From Caedibacter taeniospiralis (GTDB lineage: Bacteria > Pseudomonadota > Gammaproteobacteria > Francisellales > Francisellaceae): DNA of 32,000 bases. The position numbers and the translations under genes are program-made. Under the pieces are notes generated by a model. The model did no database searches, was not told the DNA's origin, and saw only the letters and a program-made list of their open reading frames with translations. Shown piece by piece: positions 9,519 to 17,017 of the stretch. Within the stretch, counting starts at the first letter, position 1. Each line of letters starts with the position of its first letter. The stretch is taken from the NCBI RefSeq assembly GCF_002803295.2, contig NZ_PGGB02000002.1, forward strand, positions 103,476 through 135,475, given 5' to 3'.

Positions 9519-9546
9519 AATTTCTTTTTCTTTTTATCAAAGGGTG

Positions 9547-9981
9547 CTAATGAAGTTTTAGCAGTTCAAACAGCAACATTAAAATCATCGTAAATAAACA
9601 CGCAGTTGATACTAAAAAAGAGCAAAGGCGCAGACTCAGATTGTTCGTGCTTAAGTGGATGATTGAGTTGATAATCCGAAAGCTTACAAACAGCCAGCCA
9701 AGCACTAAAAAATAATGTATTTTCATCAGTGCGGGGGTTAGCAGGATAATGATAAAGCAGATATAAAATAAGACAGGCATTTGAAACAGGTTGTCCAGGT
9801 GCCTTGAGGTGATTTCAAGCCAGGGGTGCTCCTTTTTGTAGAAGTCCATTGAACGTAGATCATCAAGCGAGATTTTATCTTTTCGTATGGCCTGTATCCG
9901 ACTGAATAAAGTAATAAAAACGCTGATGATGGTGAGGATCATCATTACAATAACTGGGATTGACCATGTGATTGTCGACAT
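9547..9981 (-). CDS. MAPEG-family-like small membrane protein
   Basis: 144 aa with 3-4 TM helices. The segment TSRHLDNLFQMPVLF resembles the MAPEG R.H.N..E..P.F motif, and a later FRIINSIIH resembles the second R..H motif. AGGAG lies 9 nt upstream of the ATG. Confidence 0.5.
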   Translation of the reverse strand: MSTITWSIPVIVMMILTIISVFITLFSRIQAIRKDKISLDDLRSMDFYKKEHPWLEITSRHLDNLFQMPVLFYICFIIILLTPALMKIHYFLVLGWLFVSFRIINSIIHLSTNNLSLRLCSFLVSTACLFTMILMLLFELLKLH

Positions 9982-10071
9982 CTTTAAGTTGCTCCTGTTT
10001 TTTTAGTAAACCAGATTCTATGGCTTTGACGCAATATGCCATCATGGGTAAAGATGTTGTTAAAGCCGATT

Positions 10072-10332
10072 TTATTGCTTACTAACACTCAACTGAGCCC
10101 ACTGTTCTGGGGTGTGGGTTTTCATCGCAATCGCATGAAGCTCGCCAGAAGCAATATAGTCATTGATGACCGCATAAACTATTTGTTGCTGTTTGACTTT
10201 GCTTAAGATCCCATTGAATAAATCACTAATGATAATCGCATCAAAGTGGATATTATCATCACTTGCAATCATTGCGATGGTGTTGCTGCCAAGTTTATTT
10301 TCAATGATCGTTTTGAGCTCAGTCGTATTCAT
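10072..10332 (-). CDS. ibaG: BolA-family protein IbaG (YrbA)
   Basis: 86 aa, colinear with E. coli IbaG (HF.AI..S..F.G.S.VK.QQ.VY...........HA...K..TP.EW). It sits immediately downstream of mlaB, as in E. coli. Confidence 0.8.
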   Translation of the reverse strand: MNTTELKTIIENKLGSNTIAMIASDDNIHFDAIIISDLFNGILSKVKQQQIVYAVINDYIASGELHAIAMKTHTPEQWAQLSVSKQ

Positions 10333-10347
10333 ATTACATTTCTCGTG

Positions 10348-10668
10348 TTAGTTGATTTCAGTAGCTAAAAAATCAGAAAATATATCCCCCAAACCGTGAA
10401 TTATAAGGAGCTGATGAGCGTTTTCTGAGTTTAATTGCACAAGCTGCAGTTTGATATTATGCAGTTTGCAATGATGAATGGTATTCAGCAGAAGTGAAAT
10501 TCCAGCGCTATCAATTTGCTCAAGGTTCGAAAGATCAATAGACAACCACTCTATCGGCGCATTTTCTTTTAGCGCAGTCTTTAGCTGCGCGTCAACACGC
10601 ATCACTGTGGCAAATGTTAAATCACCACTTAAACGCCAGTTATTGGGATTTTTTACTGATAAGCTCAT
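10348..10668 (-). CDS. mlaB: STAS-domain phospholipid-transport accessory protein MlaB
   Basis: I trimmed the track ORF (141 aa from ATG 10773, lying inside mlaC) to ATG 10668. The resulting MSLSVKNPNNWRLSGDLTF... aligns with the E. coli MlaB N-terminus (MSESLSWMQTGDTLALSGELD). About 100 aa is the normal size. It overlaps mlaC by 29 nt. Confidence 0.7.
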   Translation of the reverse strand: MSLSVKNPNNWRLSGDLTFATVMRVDAQLKTALKENAPIEWLSIDLSNLEQIDSAGISLLLNTIHHCKLHNIKLQLVQLNSENAHQLLIIHGLGDIFSDFLATEIN

Positions 10669-11395
10669 GGTTTTTCTTTTCGATGGCAAGGTTGATGTCT
10701 TTAAGGGTTTTGTAGTCTTGAAATTGTGCTTTGAAATTATCCAATATGCTAACCCCAGCAACCGATAAATCATAAATTTTCCATTGTGGGTTGGTGTTAA
10801 GCGATGATTTTCTAACGCTAGTTTTAAGCATTTTTATGCTCATATCAGAGGCTGAGTTATTTTGCAGATTGGTAATCTTTCCGGTGACAACCACAAGTCG
10901 TTGTTCTTTCCAGGAGTCATTACTAAAGGGGAAAATTTGAATAGCATAGTTTCCTGCTTGGGCAATATTTTCAATATAGGAATAAGCAAGCATTTGTGTG
11001 ATTTCAGTGATAAACTTTTGCTGCTCAGCCTCAGTTGCCGTTTGCCACCGAGTTTTACCAACTAAAAGCTGGGCAATAATATCACTGGCCAAAAGTGGCA
11101 TAACTCTCGTATCAATCAGCTGAACGAGAGTCCGTGGATCCTTCTTTAACTGATCTTTGTTTTGAATAAGTGTTTTTTGTGTATCAACGATGGAATTTTG
11201 TAATAATTGTACTGGATCAGACAAATCGATCTGCTTGTCGGTATTGCTCTGTATTGACTTGATTTCTGAGGGCTTGGCTGCTTGAGATTGGGAATGATCG
11301 CTTGTTGAAATAGACTCACTGGCAAAGCTTAATTGAACCACGCTGATTAAAAAAATGCCATTTAAAAGACCGAATACCTTTTCTTTTGACATCAT
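10640..11395 (-). CDS. mlaC: Periplasmic phospholipid-binding protein MlaC (Ttg2D family)
   Basis: Signal peptide MMSKEKVFGLLNGIFLISVVQLSFA, then an MlaC-like core (...WKIYDLSVAGVSILDNFKAQF, cf. E. coli [21 protein letters not shown]). The ATGATG start region overlaps the mlaD TGA stop. Confidence 0.8.
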   Translation of the reverse strand: MMSKEKVFGLLNGIFLISVVQLSFASESISTSDHSQSQAAKPSEIKSIQSNTDKQIDLSDPVQLLQNSIVDTQKTLIQNKDQLKKDPRTLVQLIDTRVMPLLASDIIAQLLVGKTRWQTATEAEQQKFITEITQMLAYSYIENIAQAGNYAIQIFPFSNDSWKEQRLVVVTGKITNLQNNSASDMSIKMLKTSVRKSSLNTNPQWKIYDLSVAGVSILDNFKAQFQDYKTLKDINLAIEKKNHELISKKSQ

Positions 11396-11889
11396 TTCTT
11401 ATCTCCAGATCCAGAAACAAAGGTGTTAATCAGTGAATTAAGGTTAATCGCTGAAGAGGTATTCGACAACTCAATTGTGCTGCCATTGTGTAAATATTTA
11501 CTGTCATATAAGTCAGGAAGATCAATATTAGAAGGGTGCAGGGCGATAAAACTATCCCCTAAAATACCACTGGTATCAATTGCAGCACCATAGCTGCTAG
11601 GAATCTTGTCATATTTTTTGTCAATATTAATAAGCGCATTCGCAATAAAACCATTATAGCTTTGGTTTAGTGAGATCGATTCGACCTTTCCAATTTCAAC
11701 CCCAGCAATGCGAACTGCCGCACCTGGACGCAGGCTGCCAATATTTTGAAACTGTGCATTAACCTGATAGCTATTATTGCTAAGCCCAGAGAGCGATAAT
11801 CCGCTGACTTTCAGTGCCATAAAAATAAGTGCAATAATACCCGCTAGGACAAACATGCCCACGAGTAGCTCATAAGATTTTTTGTACAT
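11392..11889 (-). CDS. mlaD: MCE-domain outer-membrane lipid asymmetry protein MlaD
   Basis: N-terminal TM anchor followed by an MCE domain (SLRPGAAVRIAGVEIGKVESISL). Positioned between mlaE and mlaC. Confidence 0.85.
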   Translation of the reverse strand: MYKKSYELLVGMFVLAGIIALIFMALKVSGLSLSGLSNNSYQVNAQFQNIGSLRPGAAVRIAGVEIGKVESISLNQSYNGFIANALINIDKKYDKIPSSYGAAIDTSGILGDSFIALHPSNIDLPDLYDSKYLHNGSTIELSNTSSAINLNSLINTFVSGSGDKK

Positions 11890-11896
11890 GGTTTAT

Positions 11897-12667
11897 TTAG
11901 ACTCCTTTGAACATTAACGCGGTCATGAGAAAATCCAGACCTAAAATTACTAAAGAGGAATAGACCACCGTTTTGGTGGTCGCCTCTGCGATACCAGCAG
12001 AGTTGGCGTGACAGCTATAGCCTTGATAAAGTGAGATGACAGCAATCGCAATACCAAAGACCAGACTTTTGAGTACCCCGTTGAGTACATCATCATAAAA
12101 CAACACGGAAGCCTGCATATTTCCCCAAAATGTGCCACCAAAAAGCCCCAGGAGCTTCACTCCAATGAGATAACCTCCCCAAATAGAGATAGTGCAGAAA
12201 ATTAAATTAAGAATAGGGACGCTTAAAACGCACGCCCAAAAGCGAGGTGCCAGGATAAAGCGCACGGGATCTACGCCCATCATATTTAAGCTGGCAAGTT
12301 GCTCAGTTGCTTTCATAAGACCGACTTCAGAGGTCAAGGCACTTCCTGCGCGTCCTGCAAACAACAAGGCAGTGACCACAGGACCTAGCTCGCGAATAAT
12401 ACTTAATGCAACCATGGGACCAAGTGCCGATTCGGCACTGAATTTGGCTAAGGTGTAAAAACCCTGAAGGGATAATACAAAGCCAATAAATAGACCTGAA
12501 ACAAGGATAATCAAGACGGAATTAATGCCAACATGATAGGTTTGATCAATGATTCCCCGAGTGCTGCTTCGACCAAAAATAATCTCCAGTGCCAGCAAGA
12601 TGGATTGCCCCAGATTAGTTAGGGCATTTAAAGTGAACCGACCAAGCAGTTGTAGCGGATTGAGCAT
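11897..12667 (-). CDS. mlaE: ABC transporter permease MlaE
   Basis: 256 aa. MlaE-family motif RELGPVVTALLFAGRAGSALTSEVGLMK. It starts 10 nt after the mlaF stop. Confidence 0.9.
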   Translation of the reverse strand: MLNPLQLLGRFTLNALTNLGQSILLALEIIFGRSSTRGIIDQTYHVGINSVLIILVSGLFIGFVLSLQGFYTLAKFSAESALGPMVALSIIRELGPVVTALLFAGRAGSALTSEVGLMKATEQLASLNMMGVDPVRFILAPRFWACVLSVPILNLIFCTISIWGGYLIGVKLLGLFGGTFWGNMQASVLFYDDVLNGVLKSLVFGIAIAVISLYQGYSCHANSAGIAEATTKTVVYSSLVILGLDFLMTALMFKGV

Positions 12668-12677
12668 ACGTTTTTCC

Positions 12678-13475
12678 TTATTTCAACGAAGTGACAAAAT
12701 CAGGCGCGGGATAATCAAAGGCAACAGGACCATTAACAGAGCCAGATAAAAACTGTGCTACAAATGGATCCTGGCTGTTTTTGATCTCTTTGGGAGACCC
12801 TTCAATTATCGCTTGTTGATTGGCAATGATAATCACATGATCAGCAATGCCCATCACTTCGGCAATATCGTGGGAGACAATGACAGAAGTCATATGGAGT
12901 GCGTCATTGAGTTTTTTGATTAAAGTCAAAATGACTTTTAAGGAAATAGGATCCTGACCAGTGAAAGGCTCGTCATAAAGCATAAGTTCAGGGTCAAGTG
13001 CCATCGCGCGCGCAAGAGCTACACGTCTTGCCATGCCTCCTGATAATTCGCTTGGCATCATTTGAGTTGTCCCGCGTAAGCCAACTGCTTGTAACTTCAT
13101 CAGCACCAGGTTATGAATGAGAGGCTCACTGAGTTTACTATTCTGCCTTAGTGGGAAGGCAACATTGTCAAAAACAGATAGCTGGGTGAAAAGCGCACCT
13201 GATTGGAATAAAACGCCCATCTTTTTGCGTAATGCCAAGAGCGCTTTTTTATTTAACGCGGTAAGATCTTGATTGAGCACTTTAATCTGACCGCTATTGG
13301 CTTTGATTAATTTGCCAATAAGGTGTAAAAGCGTTGTTTTCCCCGTGCCAGAAGGTCCAAGTATTGCCGTTATTTTACCCTTGGGAATTGTACAGTTTAA
13401 ATTGCTATAAATGCATTTTGAGCCGCGGTAAAACGAGACATTTTTAAAGTTGGCAGCAGAAATTTGTTCAGACAT
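12678..13475 (-). CDS. mlaF: ABC transporter ATP-binding protein MlaF
   Basis: Walker A GPSGTGKTT, ABC signature LSGGMARRVALARA and Walker B LMLYDEP. Its ATG (13473-13475) overlaps the minE TGA stop (13475-13477) by 1 nt. Confidence 0.9.
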   Translation of the reverse strand: MSEQISAANFKNVSFYRGSKCIYSNLNCTIPKGKITAILGPSGTGKTTLLHLIGKLIKANSGQIKVLNQDLTALNKKALLALRKKMGVLFQSGALFTQLSVFDNVAFPLRQNSKLSEPLIHNLVLMKLQAVGLRGTTQMMPSELSGGMARRVALARAMALDPELMLYDEPFTGQDPISLKVILTLIKKLNDALHMTSVIVSHDIAEVMGIADHVIIIANQQAIIEGSPKEIKNSQDPFVAQFLSGSVNGPVAFDYPAPDFVTSLK

Positions 13476-13774
13476 CAGGCATTCATCTGTTTGGTTAAAT
13501 GTTTATTTTCTTCGGGAATGGTGACATTAAGTTCAAGCACGGAGCAATCACCATGATCGTCAAGCTCAATTTTAATGTCCTCAGGTGCTATGTGAACATA
13601 TTTCTTTAATACTGCCACAATTTCCCCCTGTAGTTTCTTGATGAACTCAGATTTTGGGTTATCATGATTGAGTTCACTACGCTGATGGGCAACAATGATT
13701 TGTAAGCGCTCTCTAGCAATATGTGCACTATTTTTCTCTGGTCGTTTTGCTTTGAAGTAATCAAACAATCCCAT
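13475..13774 (-). CDS. minE: Cell division topological specificity factor MinE
   Basis: I trimmed to ATG 13774 (MGLFDYFKAKR...), 1 nt after the minD stop. IARERLQIIVAHQR and SVLELNVTIP match E. coli MinE (IAKERLQIIVAERR, SILELNVTLP). Confidence 0.9.
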   Translation of the reverse strand: MGLFDYFKAKRPEKNSAHIARERLQIIVAHQRSELNHDNPKSEFIKKLQGEIVAVLKKYVHIAPEDIKIELDDHGDCSVLELNVTIPEENKHLTKQMNA

Positions 13775-13775
13775 G

Positions 13776-14630
13776 TTATTTCCCTCCAAATAAGCGTTTT
13801 AGAAAGCTTGGTTTTTCTGCGCTGATAAAGCGAAGTGGTCTGTCGTGACCTAAAAAGCGATCAATGGCATCGATATAAGCCTGACTGGCCTCAGTGTCCT
13901 GATAAGCAGTAACGGGTGTGCCAGAGTTTGATGCTTGAAGGACAGTCTTTGATTCTGGGATAACACCTAAAAGTGGAATTGACAATACATCTTTGACATC
14001 ATCTAAAGACAGCATTTCTCCCTGGCTTACGCGATGTGGATCATAGCGTGTGATCAGGAGTTTTGCCTCCACAGACTCACCTTTTTCTTTGGCTTTTTTG
14101 GTCTTACTTGCCAGCACGCCAATAATACGATCAGAATCTCTTACCGAGGAGACTTCGGGGTTGGTGACAACAATGGCTTTATCAGCATGGTGCATCGCCA
14201 TTAAGGCTCCTTTTTCAATCCCTGCTGGGGAGTCACAGATAATGTAATCAAATTTTTGCTGCAACTCTGCCATGATTTCCTCTAGACCTGATTCAGTTAG
14301 TGCGTCTTTGTCACGGGTTTGTGAGGCAGGAAGAATATAGAGATTTTCTGAACGTTTGTCTTTAATCAGCGTCTGGTTAATGTTGGATTCTTTATTGATC
14401 AAACTGATAAGATCATAAACAACGCGGCGTTCACAGCCCATGACAAGATCAAGATTTCTAAGACCGACATCAAAGTCGATGACAACTGTCTTGAAACCTT
14501 TCATGGCTAAAGCTAATGAAATTGCGGCGCTTGTGGTAGTTTTCCCGACTCCTCCTTTACCAGAGGTAATGACCACGGTCGTTGCACGTGGTTTTGGATT
14601 TGAGTTAGTTTGTTTAGAATCTTTACTCAC
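13776..14630 (-). CDS. minD: Septum site-determining ATPase MinD
   Basis: Deviant Walker A SGKGGVGKTT. Colinear with E. coli MinD through to the C-terminal membrane-targeting helix FLKRLFGGK. I prefer GTG 14630 as the start (AAGGA 9 nt upstream) over the track's TTG 14651, which has no SD. Confidence 0.93.
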   Translation of the reverse strand: MSKDSKQTNSNPKPRATTVVITSGKGGVGKTTTSAAISLALAMKGFKTVVIDFDVGLRNLDLVMGCERRVVYDLISLINKESNINQTLIKDKRSENLYILPASQTRDKDALTESGLEEIMAELQQKFDYIICDSPAGIEKGALMAMHHADKAIVVTNPEVSSVRDSDRIIGVLASKTKKAKEKGESVEAKLLITRYDPHRVSQGEMLSLDDVKDVLSIPLLGVIPESKTVLQASNSGTPVTAYQDTEASQAYIDAIDRFLGHDRPLRFISAEKPSFLKRLFGGK

Positions 14631-14688
14631 GGTGTTTAGTCCTTGATTCAATGGTTATTGTTCTAAGTGGAGCGTGTTTTAAGCTTGA

Positions 14689-15372
14689 TCAGATTAAGCC
14701 GATCATGATTGTACCGTCTTTTAGCTGAATTTGATAGCCGTTATTGTCATTTCCAAGCGCCTGTACTGGTTCTTCAAATATCTTATATTGGCCTGCAATT
14801 GATACAAGATCTGCTTCGAGTTTATGACAAAAAATTCGAGCATTGGTGTCACCATCAAGACCCGCAATTGCGCGTCCTCTTAAGGTGCCATAGACATGGA
14901 TGTTACCACTGGCTAAAAGTTCAGCGCCAGAGCTTACAGAAGATAGCACAATAAGATCTCCCTGTTGTGAAATAACCTGCTGTCCTGAGCGCACACGGGT
15001 CTCGATAATCTTATGCTGTGAGGTCGAAACCTTATTGGCTGGAGTCACAGGAGCAGGCATATTTTTACCTTCTTTGAAAATAGGAAAACCTTTTGTTTGA
15101 AGTATTTCAGCTAAGTTGTTATCGAGTAGTCGGAAGCCAACAGGAAGCAAGGTATGTTTTTTTAACACGGCTGTTAGGTTCTCTATAAACTCGAGTGTCA
15201 GTTCAGTTGCTAACGCATTAAGCTCAACCACCATCGGTGTATTATTAAAAAATTGTGGTGCCTGTTTGATTTTGGTCGTGATTTGTTTTTCAATGTCATC
15301 AAGATCCTTACTTAGGATTTGCAATACGCTTAGCGTAAATAGACTTCCCTTGATTTGAAACGCTGCAGGCAT
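14689..15372 (-). CDS. minC: Septum site-determining protein MinC
   Basis: 227 aa. The C-terminal beta-helix motif GDLIVLSSVSSGAELLASGNIHVYGTLRGRAIAG matches MinC. AAGGGAAA SD upstream. It lies directly upstream of minD. Confidence 0.85.
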   Translation of the reverse strand: MPAAFQIKGSLFTLSVLQILSKDLDDIEKQITTKIKQAPQFFNNTPMVVELNALATELTLEFIENLTAVLKKHTLLPVGFRLLDNNLAEILQTKGFPIFKEGKNMPAPVTPANKVSTSQHKIIETRVRSGQQVISQQGDLIVLSSVSSGAELLASGNIHVYGTLRGRAIAGLDGDTNARIFCHKLEADLVSIAGQYKIFEEPVQALGNDNNGYQIQLKDGTIMIGLI

Positions 15373-15502
15373 CTTGTTTCCCTTGTTAATTTAAATACAA
15401 TCGGTATTATTGAAAACGTATCGAGTTTATAACGAATATCCTTAGAATTGGCAAGGTTAATTGGTGTCTTTGTGTGATAAATCTACGAATTAAGGTGAGG
15501 GT

Positions 15503-16504
15503 GTGTTGCGTGATAAAACAAAAAAAATAGTTGGTCTTAATATTGGATTACTTTTAGGATTAGTCATTCTGCTCATGGGTATCGCCTGGTTTTCTTATGC
15601 AAAAGTATCGAATTTGACAATTGAGCTCGCAAGCCAAATATTTTGGCAGTATCAGCTTGTTATCTGGTGCGCAGCTATTTTGGTCGGTGGAGGGCTCGGT
15701 GTCAGCGGTGCTGTTTTACAGCTGGTACTACGCAACCCGCTTGCTGATGCCAGTATTCTTGGCATCTCGTCAGGCAGCCAGTTTGTTGGATTAGCTCTTT
15801 TATTTGTTTTACCTGGTTATTTTAAGAGCGTATTTGAGTATTCCTATCTGTTGTTCTTTACGGCTTGTGTTGTTGGTGCATTGATGGTATTAATCCTGTT
15901 TTTATTGGTTATTGCCATTCAGGATAGGCTTGCCAATATTGCTGTAGTTATTTTGCTCGGCGTTGGAGTGTCGGCAGGGTTTAGTGCGTTGACGGCTCTG
16001 GTAATGAGTTTTAGCGACGCGCAAACACTACAGCAAATGACATTATGGCAGTTTGGTGGTTTTGTTAATGTCAGCTGGTTGCAAGTGTTGATACTTGGCA
16101 TGGTTACTCTTGTGTTTTGTACCTTTACCTTTCATCAGCATCAAGCTTTTGATCTATTGAGTCTTGGAGAGACAGAAGCCGCGATGATGGGGCTTGATGT
16201 GAAGCAGTTACTGATTTTATTGGTTGTTTTTTTGGCATTCCTGGTCGCTGCTATTGTTTCCATTGCAGGACCCGTTGCTTTCTTAGGGCTTGTTGCGCCC
16301 CATGTGGCAAGAATGTGTATTGGCACTAACAAAATGAAATACCTGTTGATTACCAGTTTCCTGTGGGGCGCGATATTGATGCTCATCAGTCAGTTTTTAT
16401 CACAAAACATCCTTTATCCGATGGTTATTCCTGTCGGTATTATTACGGCATTAATTGGAGCCCCATTTTTGATCTTTTTAGTCATTAGAACGCTTGGTCG
16501 TTAA
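15503..16504 (+). CDS. FecCD/BtuC-family iron-chelate or cobalamin-type ABC transporter permease
   Basis: 333 aa with about 9-10 TM helices. Family motifs NPLADASILGISSGS and GPVAFLGLVAPHVARM. GTG/TTG start preceded by AAGGTGAGG. No cognate ATPase or binding-protein gene is adjacent. Confidence 0.85.
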   Translation: MLRDKTKKIVGLNIGLLLGLVILLMGIAWFSYAKVSNLTIELASQIFWQYQLVIWCAAILVGGGLGVSGAVLQLVLRNPLADASILGISSGSQFVGLALLFVLPGYFKSVFEYSYLLFFTACVVGALMVLILFLLVIAIQDRLANIAVVILLGVGVSAGFSALTALVMSFSDAQTLQQMTLWQFGGFVNVSWLQVLILGMVTLVFCTFTFHQHQAFDLLSLGETEAAMMGLDVKQLLILLVVFLAFLVAAIVSIAGPVAFLGLVAPHVARMCIGTNKMKYLLITSFLWGAILMLISQFLSQNILYPMVIPVGIITALIGAPFLIFLVIRTLGR

Positions 16505-16585
16505 ATAGGGCAATAAACAGCATGGATTGTCATAAGATGACTGTGCTATGATAGCCATTAATTTAAATTTAGACCGTTAATTTAC

Positions 16586-17002
16586 ATGAGTCGTTTACAA
16601 CAAAATATTATTTATGCAGGGATTTTAATTGCCGTTATTGGCTTTTTTTGGGCAATTGTCCCCAAAACAAACTATGAGGCACATGCTGTTTATTTGCCGC
16701 AAACCGAAGAAGTTTACAGTCCAGTAAAGCCTGAAGAAGTTCAGTTTTATGCCTCAGAAGATATGAATCTGCGCAAAGCTGTGCCTGTCAATAATTTCAG
16801 TGAATCTCCGATTGGCATTATTCGTAGTGATACACATTACACTACAAAGGAAGAAATTCAGGTAGCTTGTGAGCAAAATGTGCAAAAAGCAAAAGCCTTA
16901 GCGGCTCAATATGGTGCGACAAAAGTCATGGGTAATTGTGTGGCTTCGGGTAATACAGGACCGTTAGATGGTGCCAATCTTTATGCTTACGCCTATCGTT
17001 AA
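16586..17002 (+). CDS. Hypothetical membrane-anchored protein (138 aa)
   Basis: One N-terminal TM helix (IIYAGILIAVIGFFWAIV), then a soluble domain of about 110 aa with two Cys residues. I recognise no family. It ends 15 nt before fmt. Confidence 0.5.
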   Translation: MSRLQQNIIYAGILIAVIGFFWAIVPKTNYEAHAVYLPQTEEVYSPVKPEEVQFYASEDMNLRKAVPVNNFSESPIGIIRSDTHYTTKEEIQVACEQNVQKAKALAAQYGATKVMGNCVASGNTGPLDGANLYAYAYR

Positions 17003-17017
17003 TCAGTATTTATCCGC

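Noticed and set aside
15373-15502. The strand-switch point between minC (-) and the 16.5-kb plus-strand run. I considered it as a replication origin, and as a Fur box or cobalamin riboswitch upstream of the FecCD permease.
   Set aside because: The gap is only 130 nt. At most one degenerate DnaA-box-like word is present (TGTGATAA), with no box cluster or AT-rich 13-mers. There is no convincing match to GATAATGATAATCATTATC, no B12-box, and too little space for a riboswitch. It is most simply a divergent promoter region.
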